Shown here: piece after piece, positions 40,083 to 49,015 of the stretch
Layout of the letters: the number at the start of each line of letters is the position of its first letter
Position numbering within the stretch: the first letter of the stretch is position 1
Assembly (NCBI GenBank): GCA_963662315.1
Contig: OY759353.1
Location: 4,256,001-4,320,000, forward strand
Direction of reading: 5' to 3'
DNA from: Geopsychrobacteraceae bacterium
GTDB lineage: Bacteria > Desulfobacterota > Desulfuromonadia > Desulfuromonadales > Geopsychrobacteraceae
Length of the DNA stretch: 64,000 nucleotides
Notes under the pieces: generated by a model
Seen by the model: the letters and a program-made list of their open reading frames with translations, nothing else
Told to the model about the DNA's origin: nothing
Databases searched by the model: none
Made by a program: the position numbers and the translations under genes

Positions 40083-40193
40083 GCATGCCTCTGTCACACG
40101 GATAATGGCTTGCTTGAAAAATGCTGAGTAATGATCTGCAGGGTTTGATTCGAGCGGTTGGCCTTCAACGGCCAACCGCCTCGTGATTTTTTT

Positions 40194-40700
40194 CTAGGGA
40201 AGCCTGACCACAGCATAGCCCTGATTTTGATAACCGATCACCGGCACAAATCCGTTACCGACCCGGTCCACTTCCGGGAGAATGGTTGCTTCCTTAACGC
40301 CGACCACTTTAACGGCATATTGGCAGACCTCAAGGGTGACTCCACTCTGTTTCATTTGTTTCAGTGTCTCCTGGAATTTGGCGACTTCGGCCAAGTCCTC
40401 GGTTTTGAAGAGGGATTTATCTGTAGATAACAACTTGACCGCGAAACCATGAAATACTACGGCTATTCTTCGCGCGCCGATGCTACCAACTTCCGGAACT
40501 TCATAGGAATTTTTAACCGCCCAGAATACGATGTTGGCCATGACCGGGTCTGCGGTACTGACATCATATACGGCATCGAAAGATTTGACTTCGTGAAGAG
40601 CATGAGTGTAACCCTCAGCCATGACCAATGTGGGAAGCATTAGCCATACCGCCAGGGCAACTACGCTGGCCAGAACCCGTTTGTGAGAATGACTATTCAT
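40194..40700 (-). CDS. Secreted DsrE/DsrF-like family protein
   Basis: Signal peptide from ATG 40700; VVFHG.AV, GV.LEVC.YA, V.NGF...IGYQ.QGYA. Confidence 0.8.
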   Translation of the reverse strand: MNSHSHKRVLASVVALAVWLMLPTLVMAEGYTHALHEVKSFDAVYDVSTADPVMANIVFWAVKNSYEVPEVGSIGARRIAVVFHGFAVKLLSTDKSLFKTEDLAEVAKFQETLKQMKQSGVTLEVCQYAVKVVGVKEATILPEVDRVGNGFVPVIGYQNQGYAVVRLP

Positions 40701-40776
40701 AACGTGAATCCTTTCCTTGTGAGGGTTAGTCCTCCAGGCAAGCAAATGGCCGAACGGCCAAATCCATAAGTTATGC

Positions 40777-40866
40777 ATTCGGCAGCCCGGCCATCTCAAT
40801 CCAGGTTATCGAGGAAAGATCCGTCGCTTTCTGTCCCCGCTTCACAGTGGGTTTAACTTTATCGAT
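40777..40866 (-). ncRNA. c-di-GMP-I (GEMM-I) riboswitch
   Basis: Minus strand UAUCGAUAAAGUUAAACCCACUGUGAAGCGGGGACAGAAAGCGACGGAUCU...AGAUGGCCGGGCUGCCGAA matches GEMM architecture; upstream of the DsrE-like gene. Confidence 0.85.
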
Positions 40867-41057
40867 AGGTCATTATAGATTGGCTTAACTGTATATTCAA
40901 TACCGAAATGGTCATAAATCGGGTTGGTCGCTTTGCTCGCAAAATTTTTTTCTCGATCATGGTCAATTGTTGTTGGTTATGCATATTTTAAATGATTAAA
41001 TTACGGTTGTTTCTGTTGACAATGAATTCCCAATCTTTTATCACTCTAATCACATTA

Positions 41058-41213
41058 TTTCAGATGCCTGCACAGGCTTAATAGGGAATCCGGTGTGAAT
41101 CCGGAACGGGCCCGCCGCTGTAACCGGGGATGAACGCTGTAATATGTCACTGTCGTTAACGATGGGAAGACACAGTTAGTAAATTGATCCGCGAGTCAGA
41201 AGACCTGTCTGAA
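41058..41213 (+). ncRNA. Cobalamin riboswitch
   Basis: AATAGGGAATCCGGTGTGAATCCGGAACGGGCCCGCCGCTGTAA...CACTG...GGGAAG...AGTCAGAAGACCTG B12-box; upstream of cbiK. Confidence 0.95.
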
Positions 41214-41271
41214 TGTCATTCGTCGTACACGCCTGGTCCGCTTGTACTCTTTGTTCGTGGATAAATCTGGG

Positions 41272-41313
41272 AATCCCCGAATCAATGCCAGCTATTGATT
41301 CGGGGATTTTTTT
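41272..41313 (+). terminator. Riboswitch expression-platform terminator
   Basis: AATCCCCGAATCAAT-loop-ATTGATTCGGGGA followed by a T run, between aptamer and cbiK. Confidence 0.85.
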
Positions 41314-41370
41314 ATTTTCCGGATGGTAGCATGATTTCTTTCTATGGATTACATAAGGAGATGTAAGATC

Positions 41371-42360
41371 ATGAGAAACATGGGAGTAAAAGTTGTGGTA
41401 TTGCTAATGCTGGCAATACTTGTCGTAACCACCAGTTCTTTCGCTTCAGGACACACTATGGCAAAGTCAAAATCCGCTATCGTTATCGCCAGCTTCGGGA
41501 CCACGGTCCCTTCAGGGTTGAAAGCGATCACCAATATTATCGATCGCGTCAAAAAAGCTTACCCTGAAACCGAGGTACGGGTCACCTTTACGTCAAACAT
41601 TATTCGCTCCGTATGGAAAAAGCGTCAGGCTGAAGCGGACAAATGGTTAAACAAAGGGATACCGAAGGAGATTCTTTTTGTAAAAAATATTATCTCGACC
41701 ATGGGTGATCTGCAGGAGGATGGCTATAGCGATATTATCGTGCAGCCGACCCATATGTTTTTTATGGAACAATCTCACGACCTGAACAGTTATATTCAGG
41801 CCCTGAATTCCATCCATACTTTGAAAGCACAATGGCGTCCGTTCAATCAGATTGTTCTGGGCCGTCCGGCTCTCGGTATGCCCGGTGATCTTTACAGCTA
41901 CCATGAGGATGTCGACGCTGTTGTTGCAACTCTGGCCGCTGATGCGCAACTTGCCAGGGAAAAGGATGCCGTGCTGGTTTATATGGGACATGGCAACGAG
42001 AAATGGTCGACCGGCATCTACGCAGAAGTACAAAAGAAGATGAACACTGCTTACCCACAAACCAAAACGGTTGTCGGGGTTGTCGAGGGAGCTCCTGATC
42101 TTGACGATGTGTTGGCCGCTCTGAAGCGCAGTGGCAAGAAAAAGGTTCTGCTGAAACCCTTTATGATTGTTGCCGGCGATCATGCCACCAACGACATGGC
42201 CGGTCCGGAAGAGGATTCCTGGAAATCTGTGCTCACTAAAGCCGGTTATCAGGTTGAGACCGTTCTTCACGGGTTGGGCGAAAATGATCAATTCGCCGAG
42301 CTGTTTGTCTTGCACATTGCTGATGCTGCCAAGCAGGGGCATCCGATAGCTTTGAAATAA
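41371..42360 (+). CDS. cbiK: Sirohydrochlorin cobaltochelatase CbiK, signal-peptide-bearing form
   Basis: SFGTT, FTSNII, MGHG, G.VEG.P, PFMIVAGDHA.NDMAG...SWKS, GLGE; N-terminal signal peptide. Confidence 0.92.
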   Translation: MRNMGVKVVVLLMLAILVVTTSSFASGHTMAKSKSAIVIASFGTTVPSGLKAITNIIDRVKKAYPETEVRVTFTSNIIRSVWKKRQAEADKWLNKGIPKEILFVKNIISTMGDLQEDGYSDIIVQPTHMFFMEQSHDLNSYIQALNSIHTLKAQWRPFNQIVLGRPALGMPGDLYSYHEDVDAVVATLAADAQLAREKDAVLVYMGHGNEKWSTGIYAEVQKKMNTAYPQTKTVVGVVEGAPDLDDVLAALKRSGKKKVLLKPFMIVAGDHATNDMAGPEEDSWKSVLTKAGYQVETVLHGLGENDQFAELFVLHIADAAKQGHPIALK

Positions 42361-42381
42361 GTTAAGATTGTCGTTATTTTT

Positions 42382-42423
42382 AAAAAAAAAGCCGCGCCAT
42401 ACAGTGTCTGTGGCGCGGCTTTC
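42382..42423. terminator. Bidirectional intrinsic terminator
   Basis: A-run GCCGCGCCA...TGGCGCGGC TTT between convergent genes. Confidence 0.75.
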
Positions 42424-42452
42424 GTCGAATAACTTTACAATTATAGTTAACT

Positions 42453-43130
42453 TTATTTTCTTCTTCGTTGATACCAGCCAAGACCTAATAGGCCGCCACC
42501 GAGGAGGATGAAGGTTGCCGGTTCAGGAACCGGGGCAACGGTGAGTCTGTAGTCCTCCGCTTCCCCTTGATGATATGAGCCAGTTGCGTAAAAATGTTGA
42601 TCAAACCATGCGCTGGTTTGGTTAAATTGCTTATCCCATTTTCCGCCCCAAAGGGATTCGCTGCAAGTTACTCGTGCTCTGAGCCATGTTTCTCCAATAT
42701 ACTCCTCCATAATATTTATGGCGGCAGTATAAAATTCAAAATATGCGACCGAAGGTTTATTCCATGAGCCAATATTGCCAGCTTCGGAAACGGTCAATGC
42801 TCTTTGTTCATAAATAATTGCCTCGTCAGTATCGAAATCACCGTCGAAGTTCCAGTCTATCCAAGCCTTAAGATGATCGGCCAAATGCGTACCAACATTG
42901 TTTTTATGAACGGAAAATTTAAAGACCACTGATTGACCAACATAGAGAGTATCGTTGCCCCAGTTGATCCCATCGGTACTCCAGCTTACACCACCGGCAC
43001 TTGTTGACGATGAAAGATCCTGCCAGGCTGTTGTTGAATGATTCGCTTCACCATAAGACGCTGGAATAGCAAAAGCATTTGCAACAAATAAGCAAGAAAG
43101 CAATGCAATAAGTAATAAAATTGAACGCAT
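42453..43130 (-). CDS. PEP-CTERM exosortase-targeted protein with GEVED-like domain
   Basis: Signal peptide; AWIDWN.DGDF, W.RARV, GEAEDY; C-terminal VPEPATFILLGGGLLGLGWYQRRRK. Confidence 0.92.
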   Translation of the reverse strand: MRSILLLIALLSCLFVANAFAIPASYGEANHSTTAWQDLSSSTSAGGVSWSTDGINWGNDTLYVGQSVVFKFSVHKNNVGTHLADHLKAWIDWNFDGDFDTDEAIIYEQRALTVSEAGNIGSWNKPSVAYFEFYTAAINIMEEYIGETWLRARVTCSESLWGGKWDKQFNQTSAWFDQHFYATGSYHQGEAEDYRLTVAPVPEPATFILLGGGLLGLGWYQRRRK

Positions 43131-43174
43131 GTAGGACTCCTTACAATAAAAATTCAAAAGTTGTCCTGTTCAAA

Positions 43175-43264
43175 GCTCAAACTGTGCCAACTTTTTTCTT
43201 TAATGATCACAATAAGTTGATAAGAGCTTGGCGAAAAGGTCACTTTGTGTAAAATAAATCGACA
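43175..43264 (-). promoter_or_regulatory. Sigma54 promoter plus PEP-box-type enhancer
   Basis: Minus strand TGGCACAGTTTGAGC (GG-N10-GC, 43175-43189); TGTAAAATAAATCGACA (TGT-N11-ACA, 43248-43264). Confidence 0.75.
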
Positions 43265-43329
43265 CATTGTCGGGCGATGTAGGGAGGAAGAAAAATGGGC
43301 ATGTCCAGAAAGACATGCCCTGGTGCGGA

Positions 43330-44025
43330 TTAAAATTGAATGACAGGAAATAAGGCTTTTTTAGCAGGCAACTTAAGAAAGTTACGGATAATCTCCCGTC
43401 CACCTTCCGTTGCAAATGATTCCGGATGGAACTGAATGCCATGAATCGGGAAGCGTTTGTGTCGCACCCCCATAATTTCAAAATCACCACCGGCACGCAC
43501 TGTCGCCAGATCGTCAAATTGTTCATTTTTAAGGCTGCCAACCGCCGCTGTAACCTGCAGCTCCTCAGGAAAGCTTTGCGCTTCAGCGATTAGTGAATGG
43601 TAGCGCATGATTTCCAGTTGCGTTGGAATATCGTCAAACAGATCTTTGCCATTATGATCAATGGGACTGGTTTTTCCATGCATGGGGAGTGGAGCTTTCA
43701 CTACCTTGCCACCAAACACATGAACAATCCCCTGCATTCCAAGGCACACTCCCAGTAGCGGAATTTTCGGGCCAAGGAGCTTGATGACATCGGCACAGAC
43801 ACCAAAATAGGCCTCGTCATCAGGCGAGCCTGGTCCGGGAGAGATAATGATGCGATCAGGTGCAAATGCTGTGATATCGGCAATGCTGATGTCATTGTTA
43901 CGTTTGACACTGATGGTGAAATCGTCAAGCTTGCCGGCAAGTTTTTCCGCCGACAGAATCTCACCGATGTACTGATAAAGATTGTAAGTAAAGGAATCGT
44001 AGTTATCAATAATCAGTACTTTCAT
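43330..44025 (-). CDS. trpG: Anthranilate synthase component II (glutamine amidotransferase)
   Basis: IDNYDSFTYNL, ISPGPG, GVCLG.Q, RYHSL, QFHPES. Confidence 0.93.
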   Translation of the reverse strand: MKVLIIDNYDSFTYNLYQYIGEILSAEKLAGKLDDFTISVKRNNDISIADITAFAPDRIIISPGPGSPDDEAYFGVCADVIKLLGPKIPLLGVCLGMQGIVHVFGGKVVKAPLPMHGKTSPIDHNGKDLFDDIPTQLEIMRYHSLIAEAQSFPEELQVTAAVGSLKNEQFDDLATVRAGGDFEIMGVRHKRFPIHGIQFHPESFATEGGREIIRNFLKLPAKKALFPVIQF

Positions 44026-45431
44026 ACCGGGGCCTCCTCATCCTGTGTGACGATAAACGGTTCCAACGCTTTTTTAGTGCCGGCGAATTTGCGGATGATC
44101 TCCTGATATTCGTCGGCCGGATTGGAATCGTAGACATTGCCACCACAGGTTTGCACATAGGCCTTTTCTCCATTGGCAAAGATAGTCCGGATCGGGATAG
44201 CGAAGGTACAATCACCATTGAAGGAAAAATGACCAACGGCCCCTCCGTAAGGTCCGCGCCCATCAGGCTCCTGAGCGTTGATGATCTTCATCGCCTCAAT
44301 CTTTGGCGCGCCTGTCAGAGTGCCGGCCGGGAAGTTGCTGGCCAGGGCCGAAAACATATCTTCCTTTTCATCGATAATGCCGACAATCTCGCTGCTGATA
44401 TGTTGGACATGGCTGAAGCGCTTGATGTCCATCAGGCTGCGGACTTTAACGGTTCCGAAGCGGGCGACACGACCAATATCGTTTCGGTGCAGATCGACCA
44501 GCATATTGTGTTCGGCGATCTCTTTCGGATCGTTAAGCAGTTCACGGGCCAGGGCGACATCCTCCTGGGGAGTCGCACCACGCCTGGTGGTACCGGCCAG
44601 CGGGAAGGTTTCCATCTCTCCCTGGCGCAGGCGGAACAGAAGCTCTGGGCTGGCGCTGATCAGTCTCTGATCACCGAATTTCAGATAGAACATCTGTGGT
44701 GAAGGGTTGATTTCGCGCATTCGCTCGTAAATGTTAATGCAATCCCCAACCAGGGTGAAATGGCTTTTAAAGCCGACCTCGCATTGGAAAACCTTGCCGT
44801 CGATGATGTCCTGCTTGACCTTCATGACCGCAGCGGTGTGTTCCTCGCGGTTCATGCCGACTTTACCGGGAATGACCTTTAACGGCCCATTGCCGGGGTA
44901 GGGGGTATTGAGCAGATCGCGAATCAGGTCGATGCGGCATTCATCGTAATAGAAATAGATCAGCTCACCGGTCATTTTGTCGTAAATCAGACCGTCTTTG
45001 AATAACCCGAAACGGAAGGTGTCAAAGTCGGGGTTGCTTTGCAGGTCAAGGGTTGGCTCAAAATAGCTCATAGCGTTGTAGGACAGGTAACCAGTGAGCC
45101 CACCGGCATATTTGCGCGACAGAATATTCTGCGGAATGATGTCTTGCAGCAGATAATATGGATTGTCGCTTGCGTAGCTGGTGCTGATGCCGTCGCGCTC
45201 ACTGATAGTCAGACTGTTGCCGGTGGCGAAGAATTGCTTTTCCGGATCAAAACCGATCAGGGTGTGGCGGGCGACATAACTCTCTTCTCCCAGCGATTCG
45301 AGAATAAAGCAGTTGTCGAAGCGTTTTTCCACTTTCTTGAACAGCTCGAAATAGTCACAATCTTCGGTGATGGTGACATATCTCGGCTTACGCGGCAGAG
45401 TCAGTCGCTCGGGCTTTGGTTGCGTGGTCAT
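44022..45431 (-). CDS. trpE: Anthranilate synthase component I
   Basis: LES, NPSP, SASPE, PLAGT..RG, KE.AEH.MLVDL.RND, FPAGTLTGAPK, RGPYGG; co-transcribed with trpR. Confidence 0.9.
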   Translation of the reverse strand: MTTQPKPERLTLPRKPRYVTITEDCDYFELFKKVEKRFDNCFILESLGEESYVARHTLIGFDPEKQFFATGNSLTISERDGISTSYASDNPYYLLQDIIPQNILSRKYAGGLTGYLSYNAMSYFEPTLDLQSNPDFDTFRFGLFKDGLIYDKMTGELIYFYYDECRIDLIRDLLNTPYPGNGPLKVIPGKVGMNREEHTAAVMKVKQDIIDGKVFQCEVGFKSHFTLVGDCINIYERMREINPSPQMFYLKFGDQRLISASPELLFRLRQGEMETFPLAGTTRRGATPQEDVALARELLNDPKEIAEHNMLVDLHRNDIGRVARFGTVKVRSLMDIKRFSHVQHISSEIVGIIDEKEDMFSALASNFPAGTLTGAPKIEAMKIINAQEPDGRGPYGGAVGHFSFNGDCTFAIPIRTIFANGEKAYVQTCGGNVYDSNPADEYQEIIRKFAGTKKALEPFIVTQDEEAPV

Positions 45432-45433
45432 AG

Positions 45434-45682
45434 TTATTTGTCCTGAAAGTCTTTAAGGGCACGGGCACCGCGGGATACCGTCGCAATGCCGACCCCAAGG
45501 TGTTCGGCAATTTTACGCTGCGGTTCACCAGCCTCAAGCATGTGGAAGATCTGCAGGCGGTTAACAATGTCGTCAAACTCTGCTGGAGTGAGAAGGGCGC
45601 GTAAGGCTTTCTCCATCTCTGCGGGAGTTTTGACTGCAAGCAGGTAGTCGATGAGTTCTTTTATGTAGTGTTGTGTATTCAT
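45434..45682 (-). CDS. trpR: Trp repressor
   Basis: LLTPAE....R..I...L..GEPQR.IA..LGVGIATVSRG..ALK; adjacent TrpR-type operator. Confidence 0.9.
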   Translation of the reverse strand: MNTQHYIKELIDYLLAVKTPAEMEKALRALLTPAEFDDIVNRLQIFHMLEAGEPQRKIAEHLGVGIATVSRGARALKDFQDK

Positions 45683-45718
45683 GTACTAGGATACTAGTAC
45701 ATTGAGTCGGTTTGTCAA
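45681..45718 (-). promoter_or_regulatory. TrpR operator overlapping a sigma70-type promoter and the trpR start codon
   Basis: ATGTACTAG-GATA-CTAGTACAT (45681-45702); minus-strand TTGACA at 45713-45718 with TAGTAT 16 nt downstream. Confidence 0.85.
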
Positions 45719-45918
45719 TGGGAAAATTTGCAATGCCTGGCTTCTCTGCATTGAATGCCTAGTAGCAGTGTGAGACTTTGGTTATTTGTTTGTCTGGTTA
45801 ACTGAGTCATTTTTTTCTTTAATTGGTCAACAGTTGAAAATGCTGAGAACTTTGAGTAGGACCTAAGCTGGAATCTCAACAGCGGGGTTCCAGGGAGGGG
45901 TAGATGAGTGTGAAATGT

Positions 45919-45950
45919 AAAAAAGCCCGACATTATCTATCGGGCTTTTT
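45919..45950 (-). terminator. Intrinsic terminator after the second PEP-CTERM gene
   Basis: A6-GCCCGA...TCGGGC-T5. Confidence 0.7.
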
Positions 45951-45974
45951 AGATGATTTTTTCGTCAGAAAGGT

Positions 45975-46526
45975 TTATTTCAAGTGTTTACGACGGTAGA
46001 GACCCAGGCCTGCGAGACCGGCACCGAGAAGAATGAAGGTGCCAGGTTCTGGAACTGGGGCAACGTCAGTATAATCACCGTAAATCTTAACATTGAAAAC
46101 GGTTGTATCAGTGGTGCATTTCCACCCATCATAGTCATCAAAGGTGACCGTGAAATCAACAAGGGATCCACTTTGTGACGTGATCAGAGGGCTGGTTAAA
46201 AACCAATCCCCGTTATCCATTTCCCAATCGTTAACGTACTTTACGCCGTTTACGGTAATATCGATATATTCATTAAAAAGGAAAAAATCCCCGTCATCAT
46301 CTTTCACCGAAAAGCCAAGGTATGCCGTATTAATAACATCGTTGCTATCAATATCTCCCACTGCTAAGACATCATTCACCAGGTCGAATGACCAGGTGTA
46401 GGATACGGTGCCAGCTGATTCCTTAAAGGTCACACTGGTGTTGTCCAGGTCAGTATAACTCAGGGCGCTAGCAACACCAGCCCATCCAAAAACAACCAGT
46501 ATCGCCAGTAATATTCCTTTTTTCAT
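45975..46526 (-). CDS. PEP-CTERM exosortase-targeted protein
   Basis: Signal peptide; Asp-rich; C-terminal VPEPGTFILLGAGLAGLGLYRRKHLK. Confidence 0.93.
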   Translation of the reverse strand: MKKGILLAILVVFGWAGVASALSYTDLDNTSVTFKESAGTVSYTWSFDLVNDVLAVGDIDSNDVINTAYLGFSVKDDDGDFFLFNEYIDITVNGVKYVNDWEMDNGDWFLTSPLITSQSGSLVDFTVTFDDYDGWKCTTDTTVFNVKIYGDYTDVAPVPEPGTFILLGAGLAGLGLYRRKHLK

Positions 46527-46587
46527 CCTATCTTCCCTTTATCTGTCATGTGTCAGTTTATTAGTCTAAATATAAGTCATCTGCTAA

Positions 46588-46716
46588 GCATAATATGTGC
46601 CAACCTTGATATTGATGACTGATATCCGCTGTATAGTTAACAGGTTATCTTTGATAATATGTGAAGTTGGAAAATTAAAAAACAATAAACATCTCTCTGA
46701 GTAAAAAAAATCGACA
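46588..46716 (-). promoter_or_regulatory. Sigma54 promoter plus PEP-box-type enhancer
   Basis: Minus strand TGGCACATATTATGC (GG-N10-GC, 46588-46602); GTAAAAAAAATCGACA (46701-46716), near-identical to the site at 43249. Confidence 0.72.
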
Positions 46717-47101
46717 AAATGGTGATGGTTTAGTGAGGAAATGGCTGAGTATTTATACGTTAATAATCACTTATCTAAGCGGCAGGTTGAAGCTCCTAGT
46801 AGAATAACAGAATACCTCAGTGGTGGGGGGCGGGGATGGCGTGCTTTCTTAATCCAAAGCCAAATTCAGTCTTCCATTGTTGTCCTGGCGTCTCATCCTA
46901 ATGATTTATCCGGTAGCGCCGGAAAGTTTTTTCGCCAGTTGTTCAACCACCTGCAATTCTGGCTCTAAACCAAGATCGACTGCATTCGAAGAGGTCTTAG
47001 CTAAAGAATGTTCAGATGGCTCCTCATTGACAAGCTCTGCGCTGGTCATGATTACAGTTAGCAGAGAAAACATAAAAAATGTAGATCAGGTATTGACTGT
47101 A

Positions 47102-47135
47102 ATGACCGTTTGGTCATAAATTGACCAAGTAGTCA
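47102..47135. promoter_or_regulatory. Tandem TetR-type operator sites
   Basis: ATGACC-GTTT-GGTCAT and TGACC-AAGT-AGTCA upstream of the tetR-RND operon. Confidence 0.6.
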
Positions 47136-47227
47136 CTTTGTGACTTTAGGGTTTCCAATGATGGAAAAAACAAAGACTGCCAGCTATCAGGGCAGTCTTC
47201 TTTTATGAAATAAAAGTCTTAAAGGTT

Positions 47228-47818
47228 ATGTCTATGACAGGTATTCGCAAGAAAAGGGAAATGTTGGATCAATTGCTCCGTCAGGAGATCGTTGAGGTGA
47301 TTCTGAATATGATTCATTGCAATACTGCGATCACCATGGATGAAGTGGCGCGTCAGTGCGGAGTTTCAAAAGGAACTTTGTACAATTATTTTCAGAACAA
47401 AGAAGAATTGCTCGATCATGTTCATCAGGCGGTTATTGAGCCGCTGGTGAAATCCCATCAGGAGATATTTACCAGTGCCAACGAACCCCTGGTCAAATTA
47501 CATCTATTCATTGATGCGATCTATGGAATGTCCGATACTTTGGCAGCCTATTTTCGTTTTGTCTGGCAAAACAAGACCGCGGAGATGATGTTTCTTGAAC
47601 GGGCAGAGCTGCTGATGCATCCGCTGGCCAAGATTTGCCAGGAAGGGATCGAGTGCAGCGGATTTATCGAGGTCGATCCTTATATCATGGCGGAGATGAT
47701 CTACGGAACGGTGATTGGACCATTTAATACTATGCCGTATCGTGATGGTGGTTCTCATCTGGATGAAACAAAAATGCAGCAAGATGTTAAAAAGCTTATT
47801 GACCGTATAGTCCTTTAA
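47228..47818 (+). CDS. TetR/AcrR family regulator
   Basis: HTH TMDEVARQCGVSKGTLYNYFQNKEEL. Confidence 0.93.
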   Translation: MSMTGIRKKREMLDQLLRQEIVEVILNMIHCNTAITMDEVARQCGVSKGTLYNYFQNKEELLDHVHQAVIEPLVKSHQEIFTSANEPLVKLHLFIDAIYGMSDTLAAYFRFVWQNKTAEMMFLERAELLMHPLAKICQEGIECSGFIEVDPYIMAEMIYGTVIGPFNTMPYRDGGSHLDETKMQQDVKKLIDRIVL

Positions 47819-47835
47819 ATTTGCAGGAGATTCAT

Positions 47836-48999
47836 ATGAAATCGAAGTTTTTGACTGGGATTCTATTCCTGGTTCTAATTGCCACAGGTTATTTTCTTAT
47901 TGCCGGAGAGCCTCAGGTTGCACCAGCCCAGGCTCAGCAGCAGGGTGCAGGGCAGCGACCACCAACTGAGGTGACGGTATTTACCGTCAAGGCTCAGAAT
48001 ATCGATTTGACACAGGATTTGCCAGGACGAACCTCGTCCTACCAGATAGCAGAGATCCGCCCCCAAGTCACAGGGATTATTGTTGATCGTTTGTTTACCG
48101 AGGGGAGTTTCGTTAAAGAAGGTCATCAATTATACCAGATAGATTCCGCTCCTTACCAGGCAGCCTATGACAGTACGGTGGCTGATCTGCGTAAAGCTGA
48201 AGCCAATCTGAAGGCCGTTGAGCCCAAGGTTGAGCGTTATCGCGAACTGGTGAATGTCGGTGGCGTCAGCCGGCAGAACTATGATGATGCTCTGGCTTCT
48301 CTTGAACAGGCGAAAGCCGATATCGCAGTGGCAAGGGCAGCTGTAGCAAATGCCAAAATCAACCTGGACTATACCAAAGTGTTTGCTCCTATCTCCGGTC
48401 AGATTGGCAAATCGACAGTCACCAAAGGGGCGTTGGTCACAGCTAACCAGTCAACGGCTCTGGCGACAGTTCAAAATTTAAGCAAGGTTTATGTCGACGT
48501 CAGCCAGTCGAGTGCTGAGATATTGAAATTGCGTAAACAGTTCTCTGGCGGGAATAAGTCAAAAAAAATGTTGGCTCAGTTATTTATTGAAGGCGAAACA
48601 GAACCCTATGCGGAAAAAGGTGAAGTGCAGTTTTCTGATGTGACTGTCGATGAGGGAACAGGTATGGTCCAGCTGCGTATTCTCTTTCCTAACCCTGACA
48701 ATTATCTGCTTCCCGGTCTGTTTGTAAAAGCACGTGTTGCGCAAAGCACCATGGCCAACGCCATCAGTATTCCTCAACAGGCAGTAGTCAGAAGTGCGGG
48801 CGGAGCAACAACTGTCTGGGCTGTCGGCCCTGATAATGTCGTCAACCCACGGCCAGTAAAGGTTTCTCGGGCCATTGGCGATAAATGGCTGGTTGCTTCC
48901 GGATTAGCAGATGGCGATAAAGTGGTTGTCGCAGGGATTCAGAAAATTGGTCCGGGAGCCACTGTAAAGCCGGTTGAAATGTCCACTTCAGCGCAATAG
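47836..48999 (+). CDS. acrA: RND periplasmic adaptor, AcrA/MexA type
   Basis: LPGRT..YQ.AEIRPQV.GII, LYQID, YTKV.APISG.IG, TG...LR..FPNP...LLPG. Confidence 0.92.
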   Translation: MKSKFLTGILFLVLIATGYFLIAGEPQVAPAQAQQQGAGQRPPTEVTVFTVKAQNIDLTQDLPGRTSSYQIAEIRPQVTGIIVDRLFTEGSFVKEGHQLYQIDSAPYQAAYDSTVADLRKAEANLKAVEPKVERYRELVNVGGVSRQNYDDALASLEQAKADIAVARAAVANAKINLDYTKVFAPISGQIGKSTVTKGALVTANQSTALATVQNLSKVYVDVSQSSAEILKLRKQFSGGNKSKKMLAQLFIEGETEPYAEKGEVQFSDVTVDEGTGMVQLRILFPNPDNYLLPGLFVKARVAQSTMANAISIPQQAVVRSAGGATTVWAVGPDNVVNPRPVKVSRAIGDKWLVASGLADGDKVVVAGIQKIGPGATVKPVEMSTSAQ

Positions 49000-49015
49000 C
49001 GACAGGATATGAGCA

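Noticed and set aside
46850..47050. Possible degraded histidine-kinase ATPase fragment on the minus strand (DLGL...VVEQLAKKLSG)
   Set aside because: Similarity too short and interrupted by stops to support without a search.
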